64,000 nucleotides of DNA from an uncultured Spirochaetota bacterium (GTDB taxonomy: Bacteria > Spirochaetota > Brevinematia > Brevinematales > JAOACQ01). Made by a program: the position numbers and the translations under genes. This document shows positions 38,551 through 49,588 of the stretch, in pieces. A model generated the notes under the pieces. It worked only from the letters and a program-made list of their open reading frames with translations, was not told where the DNA came from and ran no database searches. The stretch is taken from the NCBI GenBank assembly GCA_963835575.1, contig CAWIGG010000002.1:640001-704000 (forward strand). Direction: 5' to 3'. Numbering within the stretch: position 1 is the stretch's first letter; the number at the start of each line of letters is the position of its first letter.

Positions 38551-41052
38551 ATGGCTCAAAAGAAAAATGATATTGATGGTATACGCCGGCTTTTTACTAT
38601 AGGAGTTTTAGTTGATTGGATTAACACGTCATATCATATGGAAATAATGTCCGGAATTTATGATTTTATAAAGGAGAATGACCTTAATTTAATCAGTTTT
38701 GTCAGCGGCCGCTTTGAATCGCCTCATGGATGGGAAAAAAATCAAAATATCATAGCCAGTTTTATCGACAACGATAAAATAGACGGGCTCATTCTGTTCA
38801 GTACAGCCGGAAATATTGTTGGCAAAGATTACATGATAAATCTGACAAAGAAGTTCAAAGACATACCTATAATAACTATCAGCGATCAGCTGCCCGGCCA
38901 TTCAGCTGTACTGCTTGATAATAAAAAAGGCATGACTGAAATTGTGGAACATATGGTTTCTTTTCATGGATATAAAAGACTCGTATTCATAAGAGGGCCT
39001 CAGGATAATGAAGAGGCCCAGGTCAGGTATAAAGTTTATCAGGATGTTCTTAAAAAAAATGGGCTGCCGCTTGATCCCAATTTAATTTTTAATGGAGACT
39101 ATAATTATTCTTCAGGCAAGGAAGCAATGAAAACTCTTCTGGATAAGCCTCATGCGCAGTTTGACGCTATTGTGGCATCAAATGATAATATGGCTCTGGG
39201 AGCTCTGGAAGAATTGAGAGTCCGCGGATATTTCGCTTCAGACAGCATTCCGATCATCGGGTTTGATGATTCGGATGCCAGCGCCGAAGCTAATTTGACA
39301 ACAAGCAAACAGCCTCTTTATGAAGAGGGGTATCAGGCGGCCCAGATTTTATTACAGGAAATATCGGATAAAAAAGCCCCGCAGATTGTCAAGCTGCCTT
39401 CTTCGCTTGTTATCAGGGAATCATGCGGCTGTTATTCAAGCACGATAACATCGGCTATAACGGCGACATATTCTATTGAAGAAGCCGCATATAAAGGCGC
39501 TATAGAAGAGAATCAGGATAAAATAATATCAAAAATCCTCAGCTTTGATATAGGATTGAATAGACTAAAAGGAAATTATATTCGAAACTGGATTAAAATT
39601 GCGCTCGCTGCTTTTATTGATGAACTGAAGCAGAAAAAATCCAACTATTTTCTGTCAGAATGGAAAAAAGTGATTACCTGGGCAATGAATGAAAGAATTA
39701 ATTTGACGCTGTTCCAGAATCTATTATCGGTCTTTAGAAGGTCAATAATTCCATATATCTCTGAAAAAGCGGTTCTTTATTATGTCGAGGATTTATTTCA
39801 TGAAGCGAGGATTATGGTCAGCGAGGCAATGCAGAAAAGCGAACTGATGCATAAAATCTTAAATCAAAACCAGATGATGAATCTGAATAACGTCGGTGCC
39901 GAATTATCCACAGAGCTTAATCTGGAAAAACAAATGGATATACTGGCCCATGAAATATTTGAAATCGGTATCAGCACATTTTATCTTTCTCTTTATAAGG
40001 ACCCGTTAAATCCTCTTAATCATTCTAAATTAATCCTCTGCTTTGTAAACGGCAATAGAATAAACCTTGATAAAGAAGGGCTTGTATTCCGGACACTGGA
40101 TATTATTCCATCACTATATTGGCCAAAAGAGGATTATTATCACCTCTGTATTATGGATTTATATCATGGGAATCAGCAGATCGGCTTTTTTATTCTTGAT
40201 TATAAACCTGAAAACGGCGAAATGTATAATATTCTAATGACAAAAATCGGCATAGCCCTGGACGCGGCTATTCTGGTTGAAAAAATACAGAACCAGGCCC
40301 AGTATCTGGAAGAAGAAGTAAAACAGCGGACTAAAGACCTTGTCCGTATCAACTCCCAGCTTCAGATTGAGATAGCCGAGAGAAGAAGAGCTGAGGAAAA
40401 GTTAAGGAGGAGCGAGGAAAAATACAGGGAAATGGCTTTATTTCTTCCGACTATCATTTTTGAAACGGATATTCATATGCAGTTTAATTATATCAATAAA
40501 TCCGGTCTGGAGCTTTTCGGATTAACTGAAGAGGATATAAAAAAGGGGGTTTCATATCTGGATTATATTCCCGCTGAAGACAGGAAGCGTTTTGACGAAT
40601 ACTGCGCCAGGGTTGTGGAAGGCAACCAGATGAGCTTTAATGAGTTCCGCTTATTGAAAAAAGACAGTTCAAAAATAAATTTGCTCGGTAAAGGGACTCC
40701 TATTATAAATGAAAAGGTAATAGACGGGATCCGGTGGAACGCGATAGATATTAAACCTCTGATGGCAAACGCTTTTATGCCGGATGAATCGTTCTTTGAA
40801 AAATTTCCTTTGAGCGCCAGAGAAAAAGAAGTTATGCGCCTGCTGCTTGAAGGGCATAAAAACAGGGAAATAGCCGAAGCGCTTTTTATAACGGAAGCGA
40901 CTGTAAAGGACCACGCGGGCGCTGTGTATGCCAAGCTGAAAATAAAGAACAGGGAAGGATTATTTAATAAAGTAAAAGAATATCAGATCAGCCGGTTCGG
41001 CTACCACTCGTATATCTTTTCATTATTCACCCGCCTTTTAAAAGAGAGTTAA
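38551..41052 (+). CDS. One-component regulator: LacI-type sugar-binding fold + PAS + LuxR HTH
   Basis: DNKKGM..HGYKRL, ASNDNMALG, IIGFDD; PAS; LSAREKEVMRLLLEGHKNREIAEALFITEATVKDH. Confidence 0.88.
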   Translation: MAQKKNDIDGIRRLFTIGVLVDWINTSYHMEIMSGIYDFIKENDLNLISFVSGRFESPHGWEKNQNIIASFIDNDKIDGLILFSTAGNIVGKDYMINLTKKFKDIPIITISDQLPGHSAVLLDNKKGMTEIVEHMVSFHGYKRLVFIRGPQDNEEAQVRYKVYQDVLKKNGLPLDPNLIFNGDYNYSSGKEAMKTLLDKPHAQFDAIVASNDNMALGALEELRVRGYFASDSIPIIGFDDSDASAEANLTTSKQPLYEEGYQAAQILLQEISDKKAPQIVKLPSSLVIRESCGCYSSTITSAITATYSIEEAAYKGAIEENQDKIISKILSFDIGLNRLKGNYIRNWIKIALAAFIDELKQKKSNYFLSEWKKVITWAMNERINLTLFQNLLSVFRRSIIPYISEKAVLYYVEDLFHEARIMVSEAMQKSELMHKILNQNQMMNLNNVGAELSTELNLEKQMDILAHEIFEIGISTFYLSLYKDPLNPLNHSKLILCFVNGNRINLDKEGLVFRTLDIIPSLYWPKEDYYHLCIMDLYHGNQQIGFFILDYKPENGEMYNILMTKIGIALDAAILVEKIQNQAQYLEEEVKQRTKDLVRINSQLQIEIAERRRAEEKLRRSEEKYREMALFLPTIIFETDIHMQFNYINKSGLELFGLTEEDIKKGVSYLDYIPAEDRKRFDEYCARVVEGNQMSFNEFRLLKKDSSKINLLGKGTPIINEKVIDGIRWNAIDIKPLMANAFMPDESFFEKFPLSAREKEVMRLLLEGHKNREIAEALFITEATVKDHAGAVYAKLKIKNREGLFNKVKEYQISRFGYHSYIFSLFTRLLKES

Positions 41053-41121
41053 AAATAACGTTATAGTTTGAAATAAAAAGATCTTCCAATTAAAATGTCA
41101 GGCTCTTAAAAGGAGGATCAT

Positions 41122-42750
41122 ATGGATTTTTCTCTAAAAAAATTACAGAATTTTTCCGGCAGGAAAGGCCCGCTGCTTCTTATTATCATGGACGGCATCG
41201 GGATCGGAAAAGAGTATCCCGGTAATGCCGTTTACCTGGCTAAAAAGCCGGTTCTCGATAAGCTTTTTAAAAGTTCTCTTTATACAACGCTTCGGGCCCA
41301 TGGAAAAGCTGTCGGTCTGCCGACGGATGAGGATATGGGCAACAGTGAAGTAGGTCATAACGCTCTTGGGGCAGGCAGGGTCTTTGCCCAGGGAGCTTTA
41401 AGAGTGAATCTGGCAATTAAGGACGGCAGTATATTTAAGAGTGAAACCTGGAAAAGCCTGATCTCGCGCTGCAGGAGTAAAAAAAGCTCATTGCATTTTA
41501 TCGGTTTATTATCGGACGGCAATGTCCATTCGCATATTGACCAGTTGTTTGCGATGATCTCTGAAGCTGCCAAAGAAGGGATAGTATCTTTGTGCGTTCA
41601 TCCTCTTCTGGATGGGAGAGACGTCCCTGAAAAATCATCGTTGACCTATGTGGACAAATTGGAAGAATTTCTGCGGAAGATCCGGAATGATACCGGTTTT
41701 GATTACAGGATAGCCTCAGGCGGCGGAAGAATGGTCACGACAATGGACCGCTATTTTGCCGATTGGAGCGTTGTGAAAAGGGGGTGGGAAGCGCATGTCC
41801 TGGGTATTGGCAGGCAGTTTTCCTCCGCCCGGCAGGCTATTGAAACTTATTATCAGGAGGACCCGAAAATAACCGATCAGTACCTGCCGTCTTTTGTCAT
41901 TGCTGAGAACGGCAGGCCTGTGGGTACAATAAATGACGGCGACAGCGTTGTGTTTTTTAATTTCCGCGGGGACAGGGCCATAGAAATTACAATGGCCTTT
42001 GAGAATGATGATTTTAAGGGTTTTGACCGGCAGAAGAGACCCGATGTATTCTACGCCGGTATGATGGAATATGACGGCGACCTGCATCTGCCTAAAAACT
42101 TTCTCGTTTTCCCGCCTGAAATTGACAGAACGGTCGGCGAATATCTCTGCGCTCAAAATATCACATCCTTCGCGATTTCAGAAACGCAGAAATTCGGGCA
42201 TGTCACCTATTTCTGGAATGGTAATAAATCCGGCTATATTAATGATAAGCTGGAAAAATACCTTGAAATTCCCTCCGACAGGGTCCAGTTTGATAAAACT
42301 CCCAGAATGAAGGCGCCGGAAATAACTCAAAAAACAATTGAACTGCTTCAATCTGGAAAATATAAATTCGGCAGGCTGAATTTCGCTAACGGCGATATGG
42401 TGGGGCATACGGGAATATTGGAAGCCGCTATTGTCGCCGTGGAAACTGTGGATGAATGCGTCGGCAAACTCATAGAAACTGTGAATAGACTCGGAGGAAT
42501 TACCCTTGTGACTGCGGATCATGGCAATTCCGACGAGATGTTTGTTGAGAAAAATGGGGTCAGGGAAGTCAAAACGGCGCATACATTGAACCCTGTACCT
42601 TTTATTATCGTCGATTCGGGATTTAATAATGAATACAGAATGGCGGATCTTCCTCAAAAAGGATTGGCCAATGTGGCGGCGACAATCTGCAACCTTCTGG
42701 GATATGAGAAACCGGAAGGATACGAGCCTTCTTTGATAGAGTTTAATTGA
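41122..42750 (+). CDS. gpmI: 2,3-bisphosphoglycerate-independent phosphoglycerate mutase
   Basis: IIMDG, MGNSEVGH, DGNVHSH, NFRGDR, ETQKFGHVT, DMVGH, TADHGN; upstream TTGAAA-N17-TAAAAT. Confidence 0.97.
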   Translation: MDFSLKKLQNFSGRKGPLLLIIMDGIGIGKEYPGNAVYLAKKPVLDKLFKSSLYTTLRAHGKAVGLPTDEDMGNSEVGHNALGAGRVFAQGALRVNLAIKDGSIFKSETWKSLISRCRSKKSSLHFIGLLSDGNVHSHIDQLFAMISEAAKEGIVSLCVHPLLDGRDVPEKSSLTYVDKLEEFLRKIRNDTGFDYRIASGGGRMVTTMDRYFADWSVVKRGWEAHVLGIGRQFSSARQAIETYYQEDPKITDQYLPSFVIAENGRPVGTINDGDSVVFFNFRGDRAIEITMAFENDDFKGFDRQKRPDVFYAGMMEYDGDLHLPKNFLVFPPEIDRTVGEYLCAQNITSFAISETQKFGHVTYFWNGNKSGYINDKLEKYLEIPSDRVQFDKTPRMKAPEITQKTIELLQSGKYKFGRLNFANGDMVGHTGILEAAIVAVETVDECVGKLIETVNRLGGITLVTADHGNSDEMFVEKNGVREVKTAHTLNPVPFIIVDSGFNNEYRMADLPQKGLANVAATICNLLGYEKPEGYEPSLIEFN

Positions 42751-42765
42751 TAGAAAAAGCCGATA

Positions 42766-43089
42766 TTAATTACCGACCAGCTTTTTTAATGTGTCTTTTT
42801 GTTCCTGCGTGGCGTTAATAAAGTAGACGCCGACCCGGCATGTTTCTTCATAAATGACTTTACAGTCTAATTTCATGTCCCCTATGATAACCTGTATGAT
42901 CATCCCTTTTTTAATTCCGCCTTTGGGTCTTCCTCTCATTTCTTTATCCGCTTCCGCCAGAAAGCCGAAACCCTTTTCACTGACATCCTCAATGGTGCAG
43001 GGATATTCTTCATCAGAGCCTGGTTCGACAATATATTTTCCGACAATATCGGAATTGATCCTCTGCGCTTCTCTATTCTCCTGCGGCAT
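42766..43089 (-). CDS. Stand-alone PilZ domain protein
   Basis: RxxxR (REAQR) and DxSxxG (DVSEKG) motifs. Confidence 0.85.
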   Translation of the reverse strand: MPQENREAQRINSDIVGKYIVEPGSDEEYPCTIEDVSEKGFGFLAEADKEMRGRPKGGIKKGMIIQVIIGDMKLDCKVIYEETCRVGVYFINATQEQKDTLKKLVGN

Positions 43090-43360
43090 AAAGAACCCCC
43101 TTTTGTCTGGTCAGGTAATAATGTAATTAACTGTAAGAGATCAAAAATAATCAATGATTACATTAATAACTATTCGATAATAATCATATCATGCTTTCAT
43201 ATTCATGTCTAAAAATTATTAATTTTTTCCGATCTGATTATTAGTATCGAATTCTTTCTGCTGAGCATCGGGACAATCGGCAGTCAGCAGCAGATGACTT
43301 TTGATTATTCCTTAAAGTCAGGTTATAATATTGTCCGGTTATATTTATGGATGATTATTT

Positions 43361-45580
43361 ATGGATAAGATTTTAGATTCTTTAAATGAGAAGCAGAAAG
43401 AAGCGGTCCTGAATACCGAAGGCGCGCAGCTTGTCCTGGCCGGCGCCGGCAGCGGAAAAACCCGTGTGATTACACACCGCTTTGCTTATATATTAAGGGA
43501 AAAAAAACTTTCTCTGCATAATATCCTGGCGGTCACTTTTACCAATAAAGCCGCCGGAGAAATGAAAGAAAGGATTTCCGCATTAGCCGGTTTTGACGCT
43601 TCAAGCGCATGGGTCAGGACGTTCCATTCAACAGGCGTTCTAATCCTCAGAAGAAATCCGGAAGCTTTCGGCTATCCCCGGGATTTTGTGATTTATGATG
43701 ATACTGACAGCAAGAACCTTGTCAGAAGCGTTATGAAGGAAACCGGCGTCAATACGCAGACTTATAATCCGGCCGGTGTTGCTGAAAAGATATCAAGTTT
43801 AAAAGATTCTATTATATCACCCGGCGAGTTTAAAAAATCCGCATTATCTGATTTTGATAAAGAGGCGGCTCTTGTTTATGAGGGTTATGAAAAAGTACTC
43901 AGAAGAAATAAAGCCGTGGATTTTCCCGATCTTATTGCGTTACCAATCCGTGTCTTTTCCGAAAATGAGAATATTTTATCCTATTATCAATCTCTCTGGC
44001 ATTATTTGATGGTGGATGAATTTCAGGATACAAATTCGGCCCAGTATAAGCTGATCAGGCTCATCTGCGGAAAATCGCCTAATATCTGCGTGGTTGGGGA
44101 TGATGATCAGTCCATATACGGATGGCGGGGCGCGAATGTTGATAATATTTATGATTTTAAAGAGCGTTATCATGCGAAGGTCATCCTGCTGGAGCAGAAT
44201 TACCGCTCAACAGAAACAATACTTTCGGCCGCTCACTGTGTGGTGGAGAAAATTGAAGGCCGTATGGAAAAAAAGCTCTGGACGGAACGCAAATCAGACG
44301 ATAAAATAACTGTCATTGAAACATTGACGGATAAAGAAGAAGCAAAGCGCATCGTGGATAAAATTGACTCTCTTCTTGCCCATTATGATTACAAGGATTT
44401 TGCGCTCTTTTACCGCACGAATGCCCAGTCGCGCCTTCTGGAAGAAGAGTTGTTATTTCATAATATTCCCTACAAAGTGTTCGGGGGCCAGAAATTCTAT
44501 GCCCGGAAAGAAGTGAAGGATGTTCTCGCCTATATCAAACTGATTATTAATCCTTTTGACGGAACTTCCTTCGAAAGGATCATAAATGTACCGAGGAGAA
44601 AAATAGGCGAGACGACTGTCGAGAAAATTTTAAAAATAACCAATTCTCAAGGGATTTCTTTTATAGATTTGCTTCTTAAAGCCGGGGAATATCCGGATCT
44701 GAACCGGGGCCCGGTACAATTAATGAATGAATTAGGACAGGTCCTTTCAGAACTGAACCAGTCCAGGGATAAGATGACCCCGATGAATTTTGTCAAAGTC
44801 CTTCTTGACGCCGTTGAATATAAAAGCTATATCTTGAATTTTGATGAGGACGGGCTTGACCGGTGGTCAAACGTGGAAGAACTGATTAATTCAATTAAAG
44901 AATATGAAAACGCCAATCCGGATGCCGTAATAATCGATTTTATAAACGATATTACGCTTCAGGCCGGTACCGATGAGCTGGACAGCGATAACGGAAGGAA
45001 TTATGTTTCGCTCATGACGATGCATAACGCAAAGGGGCTGGAATTTCCCGTTGTGTTTATCAGCGGCGTCATTGCCGGCCTTTTACCGCATGCCTCTTCA
45101 TATTATTCGCCGGCGGAATTAAACGAGGAGAGAAGGCTTTTTTATGTCGGCATCACCAGGGCAAAAGACAGGCTTTTTTTATCTTATCCGGAGAACCGGT
45201 TAAAATACGGCGAAGTTGAAAACTGCACTCCTTCTCCTTTTTTGAAGGACATTCCGGAAGAATTTCTCTCAATTGAGCCGATGAAGTCTTATGATAAAAA
45301 AGATTTTTCCATGGGAAAGCCCGGAACGGGGAAATCCATTAAATCAATAAAAGAGACAGATGATGATAATTATACTGAAGATAAAGATATTTGTTCAAAT
45401 GGCGCGGCTGTTTCTTCAATATCGGAGATTGTCGTCGGCGACAGGGTCTGTCATAAAAGATTCGGTATGGGGAAAGTAACATTCGCTTCGGATAAATTTA
45501 TCAAAGTGAATTTTGAAAAATTCGGAGTGCAGACAATCGGCGGTAATTTTTTATCAAGCATAGGGGTAATCAGGTCATGA
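43361..45580 (+). CDS. pcrA: UvrD/PcrA ATP-dependent DNA helicase
   Basis: AGAGSGKT, VTFTNKAA, VDEFQD, GDDDQSIYGWRG, QNYRST, TMHNAKGLEF, EERRLFYVGITRA. Confidence 0.95.
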   Translation: MDKILDSLNEKQKEAVLNTEGAQLVLAGAGSGKTRVITHRFAYILREKKLSLHNILAVTFTNKAAGEMKERISALAGFDASSAWVRTFHSTGVLILRRNPEAFGYPRDFVIYDDTDSKNLVRSVMKETGVNTQTYNPAGVAEKISSLKDSIISPGEFKKSALSDFDKEAALVYEGYEKVLRRNKAVDFPDLIALPIRVFSENENILSYYQSLWHYLMVDEFQDTNSAQYKLIRLICGKSPNICVVGDDDQSIYGWRGANVDNIYDFKERYHAKVILLEQNYRSTETILSAAHCVVEKIEGRMEKKLWTERKSDDKITVIETLTDKEEAKRIVDKIDSLLAHYDYKDFALFYRTNAQSRLLEEELLFHNIPYKVFGGQKFYARKEVKDVLAYIKLIINPFDGTSFERIINVPRRKIGETTVEKILKITNSQGISFIDLLLKAGEYPDLNRGPVQLMNELGQVLSELNQSRDKMTPMNFVKVLLDAVEYKSYILNFDEDGLDRWSNVEELINSIKEYENANPDAVIIDFINDITLQAGTDELDSDNGRNYVSLMTMHNAKGLEFPVVFISGVIAGLLPHASSYYSPAELNEERRLFYVGITRAKDRLFLSYPENRLKYGEVENCTPSPFLKDIPEEFLSIEPMKSYDKKDFSMGKPGTGKSIKSIKETDDDNYTEDKDICSNGAAVSSISEIVVGDRVCHKRFGMGKVTFASDKFIKVNFEKFGVQTIGGNFLSSIGVIRS

Positions 45581-46896
45581 GGAAAGCTATTGCGGAACAA
45601 TTTAAAAAACTGATGAGTAATAAAATATTTTTGAGCTCGTCGATGATTTCCATTATTTCAGTCTGCGCGGGAGTGGTCAATTTTTTTGTGACATTTATTG
45701 TCGGTATGATACTGGGCAAGGAGCAATACGGGGTCATCAAACCGCTTATATCGCTTTTATTGGTAGTTAGTATACCGGGGATGGCTTTACAGATGGTTTT
45801 CAGCAAGGATATCTCTTATATGGTACATCACAAGGATATGAATACTCTCCGTCATTATCTCAAAAAAATATCAGGTCTTATTGCTTTTTTTATTATTATT
45901 CTTGTCGGCTTTCTTTTTATCATGCTGCCCTTTCTTAAAGGTTATTTTCATGTTCAGGATAATAATGTTTTTTATCTGTTAATCATTCTGGCCGCGCTCA
46001 TGCTCATTATCATACCTTTCAACAGCATGATCCAATCGAGGGAAGATTATAAAACATATATAATTTATAGTTTAATAACAACATTCAGTAAAGCGGTTTT
46101 CTGGATCAGCCTGGTTTATTTGCTGGCAAATTACTTCGGTGTGCTTTTCGGGATGATATTGACTATTATAGCAAGTCTTGTGTTTTTATTCACTGATTAT
46201 AAATCTTATAAAAAGAAAAACATGATAGAACCCGGAGAAGTTCTGAATAAAGATATCATTAAAACAGCAAATATTTTAAAGTCTTTTCTGAATTCCTTAC
46301 TGTCAATATTTTTCTTTAACCTGATCATATATCTGGATACTATGCTGGTCCTGCATTATCTTCCGGAAGTTTCCGGCATTTATTCCATGGTAAATCAATT
46401 CGGCCAGGCCTCTTTTTTTATTGCTTCTTCCATTTCCTTTGTTATGCTTCCCATTATGGCAAAGGATAAAGCAAACATTGTCCGGTCCAATCAAAAGGCA
46501 TTTTTATTTCTGTTTATGGTCTTGGTGGCCTACTGTTCATTTCTTGCTTTAACAAGTAATTTTATTTCGGTAACTTTATTCGGCAATAAATTCGCTGGTA
46601 TGGAAAAAATTCTGCCTCTGTACGGCTTCATGTTCCTTCCGTTTGCGCTAATCAGCTTTCTGGTCAATTATTATGTTATTTCAGAAAAGCTGTTTTATTC
46701 AATCACGCTTTTTGCCGGCTCGCTTCTTCTTTACTTCGGAGTCATGGTTTTCCATAAAGACCTGATCCAGGTCAGTCTGGTAGTCGGCGCTGTCGGATAT
46801 TTAACTTTGATTATTTTGGTCATTGAATCATTCTTTTGGCATAAAGGGAAGAAGATGCTCGACAAGGTTCAACCCGATCATGAAAAGCTTGAGTAA
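45577..46896 (+). CDS. Oligosaccharide flippase (Wzx/MOP superfamily)
   Basis: About 12 TM helices; LGKEQYG, LDTMLVLHY..SGIYS pattern. Confidence 0.75.
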   Translation: MRKAIAEQFKKLMSNKIFLSSSMISIISVCAGVVNFFVTFIVGMILGKEQYGVIKPLISLLLVVSIPGMALQMVFSKDISYMVHHKDMNTLRHYLKKISGLIAFFIIILVGFLFIMLPFLKGYFHVQDNNVFYLLIILAALMLIIIPFNSMIQSREDYKTYIIYSLITTFSKAVFWISLVYLLANYFGVLFGMILTIIASLVFLFTDYKSYKKKNMIEPGEVLNKDIIKTANILKSFLNSLLSIFFFNLIIYLDTMLVLHYLPEVSGIYSMVNQFGQASFFIASSISFVMLPIMAKDKANIVRSNQKAFLFLFMVLVAYCSFLALTSNFISVTLFGNKFAGMEKILPLYGFMFLPFALISFLVNYYVISEKLFYSITLFAGSLLLYFGVMVFHKDLIQVSLVVGAVGYLTLIILVIESFFWHKGKKMLDKVQPDHEKLE

Positions 46897-47403
46897 AATC
46901 CCGAAAATCAGGCCGGATACAATAGCGGCAATCAAATCGGTCCGCAGTTCAATTTCCTTTTCCTCCCGCATGGAGAGGGTTATAATTTCTATCAGAATTA
47001 AAGTTATGATAATGACTATGAAAAGAGCTATCAAAAAATAAAAACGCCCGATTGTTTCCGCGTATCTGTAAAAAAGCTGTGAGATATAAAACACAAAAGA
47101 AGTGATCAGGCCTTTCTGTATGGATGACCAATAACGCTTCCGGTTAACTCCTTTATGCATAAGAGGGAAAAAAAACATCAGCAGGACAAAAATGACTGTC
47201 CCGATTGAAATTCCGGCTATCAGTTCCGATGACAGGGTTTTATTTGCATTGATGATCCATTCACTGATTTGACTCAATATGACGCTGAAGGGATGAAAAA
47301 CAAGCTGTATGATAATAAGTATAAACAGGATTGATATGATGAATATTAAAGTGAAAAATAGTTTTGACAAGAATTTTTTTACTCTCTGCATAATTACATC
47401 CAT
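46828..47403 (-). CDS. Hypothetical membrane protein
   Basis: About 5 TM helices; start codon uncertain; 69-bp convergent overlap with the flippase gene. Confidence 0.65.
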   Translation of the reverse strand: MDVIMQRVKKFLSKLFFTLIFIISILFILIIIQLVFHPFSVILSQISEWIINANKTLSSELIAGISIGTVIFVLLMFFFPLMHKGVNRKRYWSSIQKGLITSFVFYISQLFYRYAETIGRFYFLIALFIVIIITLILIEIITLSMREEKEIELRTDLIAAIVSGLIFGILLKLFMIGLNLVEHLLPFMPKE

Positions 47404-47667
47404 TTTTAATTCCAAGTATGATAATAATAAATTCAGGGTTATGTCAATTTTGTAAGGATTTTCTAAAAATACAATCATGTAGTGTGAATTTTAATCAATG
47501 CTGATAAATAAAGTTTAATTATATTTAATTCAGATAAATAAAAAGGAATTGCCCGATTCATGGAAACAGCACTTGAATTTTTATTCATTTCTCATTAAAA
47601 TAAATGTCTATTTTTTGCTTCTACATTGATAAGGCATATAAATCAATAAATTAAAAAGGAAGGACCT

Positions 47668-48906
47668 TTGCACAAGGATAATTATACAAAAAATACACTC
47701 TACAGCTTATTCGGTTTCGGGCTTCTCATGATTTCAAATTTTGTTTTCACATCACTTTCTGGAAGATTATTGGGCCCGGTTTATTATGGGATTTTCTATT
47801 CATTTTTCTATTTTCTGATGAGCTTTTCCCAGCCGAACGCGTCCCTTCAGCTAGCGGCGGCAAAATATATGTCTGAGAAGAAGCTTCCGTCAATCAATGC
47901 CGCAGTACAGGAATTTTCAATGGATTTCTGGCTGATCGGCATTGTGATCTTTGTTATCCTGTTTGCATTATCCCCTTTTCTAAAGATTTTATATGGGCTT
48001 GAGAGTATCTGGGATGTGGCATTTGGAGCGGCCATAGTGAGTCTCTGGCTTGTAACGGCAGGATACAGGGGAATCTATCAGGGCAGGATGGATTTTTTTA
48101 CTCTGGGTTTAAACACAGGCATAGAAGGGATCATCAGGACTGTTTTTGGAATATTATTCATTATGATCGGCTGGAAGGTGATTGGAGCTCTCGGCGCGTC
48201 AGTTATAGCGAGTTTCATTGTTATTTTTCTGCTTATTAATAATAAAGGCAAAATATTTCCCGATAAATTCAGGTTTAAAATAAACAAAAACCTGATGGGC
48301 GGTTTTTTTAAAACTTTCCTGGTCCTTGTCCCTTTCGGATTGATCAACAGCCTTGATTTGACCCTGGTTAAATACTGCGTTGGAGGTCAGGAAAGCGGCT
48401 ATCTTTCCGCGTGCGCCTTGTTCGGGAAAAATCTTGTCATACTATCCCTCGTTTTTTCCAATGTGGTTTATTCATATGCATTAAAAACTAAAGAAGGCCA
48501 TTTTTGGGCCGGGCTTATTTTAACACTGCTCTCTTTTTCATCGGCGGCTTTATTTACAGTCTTTTTTGGAAACTGGATGGTCGGTTTCATTTTTGGAAAA
48601 GATTATGACCCTGTGGTTAGTATGCTTCCTCTTTATATTATTGCCAGCCTTCCATTGGGGATCATGCAGAACATCATTAATTTCGCTATTGCTAAAAATG
48701 TCAAAAAGATGAATATCATTATGTGGCTTTTATTGATTATTCTATGCGGTATTTATTACTTTACTTTAAAAACGGCCGCGATCAATATGTTTTTAATCAT
48801 TATGGCTGTAACGCTCTTCATAGCGGACGGCCTGTTGATAGCAATAGTATTTATATCTAATTGGTATAGTTCAAAAAAAGCTTTAATTCATATAAACAAT
48901 CAATAG
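47668..48906 (+). CDS. Oligosaccharide flippase (Wzx/MOP superfamily)
   Basis: GRLLGPVYYG, RGIYQG, LDLTLVKY..SGYLS; about 12 TM helices. Confidence 0.78.
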   Translation: MHKDNYTKNTLYSLFGFGLLMISNFVFTSLSGRLLGPVYYGIFYSFFYFLMSFSQPNASLQLAAAKYMSEKKLPSINAAVQEFSMDFWLIGIVIFVILFALSPFLKILYGLESIWDVAFGAAIVSLWLVTAGYRGIYQGRMDFFTLGLNTGIEGIIRTVFGILFIMIGWKVIGALGASVIASFIVIFLLINNKGKIFPDKFRFKINKNLMGGFFKTFLVLVPFGLINSLDLTLVKYCVGGQESGYLSACALFGKNLVILSLVFSNVVYSYALKTKEGHFWAGLILTLLSFSSAALFTVFFGNWMVGFIFGKDYDPVVSMLPLYIIASLPLGIMQNIINFAIAKNVKKMNIIMWLLLIILCGIYYFTLKTAAINMFLIIMAVTLFIADGLLIAIVFISNWYSSKKALIHINNQ

Positions 48907-48924
48907 TATTATAAAAAATAACTA

Positions 48925-48952
48925 TTGACAGAATAAATAGATAAGTTAAAAT
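48925..48952 (+). promoter_or_regulatory. Candidate sigma-70 promoter of hisBHA-ispG
   Basis: TTGACA-N16-TAAAAT; CAATAGT/ACTATTG inverted repeat (48901-48927) overlaps the -35. Confidence 0.55.
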
Positions 48953-48984
48953 GAAACAAGGGTTTTTATAAAAGGAGGGCATGC

Positions 48985-49581
48985 GTGAAGAGGGAAGGAG
49001 AGTTTTCCAGAAAAACAAGGGAAACTCATATAGATTTAAAAATGAATATTGACGGCGGCGGCATATATGAGGTCAATACAGGGGTCGGTTTCTTCAATCA
49101 CATGCTGGAAACGATTTCAAGACATAGTCTCATTGATATGAGAATAAATGCGAGCGGCGATACTCATGTTGATTTTCATCATCTGGTTGAGGATACGGCG
49201 ATCCTTATTGGAAAGGGAATGAATGAGCTGCTCAAGGAAAAGAAAGGCATCAGGCGTTTCGGTTATGCTACGGTTCCTCTGGATGAGGCCCTGGTAGAGG
49301 CGGCCATAGATATCAGCGGAAGGCCTTTCTGTCAGACTAATTTCTCAAAATATTCCGGGGAAATCGGCAGCTTTAGTTTTGAGCTGGGGGATGTCTTTTT
49401 TAACGGCTTTGCCTCAATGGGGTACACTATTCATATTGTTGTAATATCGGGAGAAAACCTGCATCATATTATGGAAGCTTCATGCAAGGCTTTTGCCAGG
49501 GCTCTCAGAATGGCCCTGGAAATTGATGACAGGGCAAAAAACTCGATTCCTTCAACAAAAGATTATATAGAAAAGGTTTAA
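48985..49581 (+). CDS. hisB: Imidazoleglycerol-phosphate dehydratase
   Basis: RKTRET, FFNHML, DFHHLVED, PLDEAL, NLHHIMEA. Confidence 0.96.
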   Translation: MKREGEFSRKTRETHIDLKMNIDGGGIYEVNTGVGFFNHMLETISRHSLIDMRINASGDTHVDFHHLVEDTAILIGKGMNELLKEKKGIRRFGYATVPLDEALVEAAIDISGRPFCQTNFSKYSGEIGSFSFELGDVFFNGFASMGYTIHIVVISGENLHHIMEASCKAFARALRMALEIDDRAKNSIPSTKDYIEKV

Positions 49582-49588
49582 TTGAATT

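Noticed and set aside
46828..46896. 69-bp convergent gene overlap
   Set aside because: Short 3' overlaps are common; nothing indicates a function.
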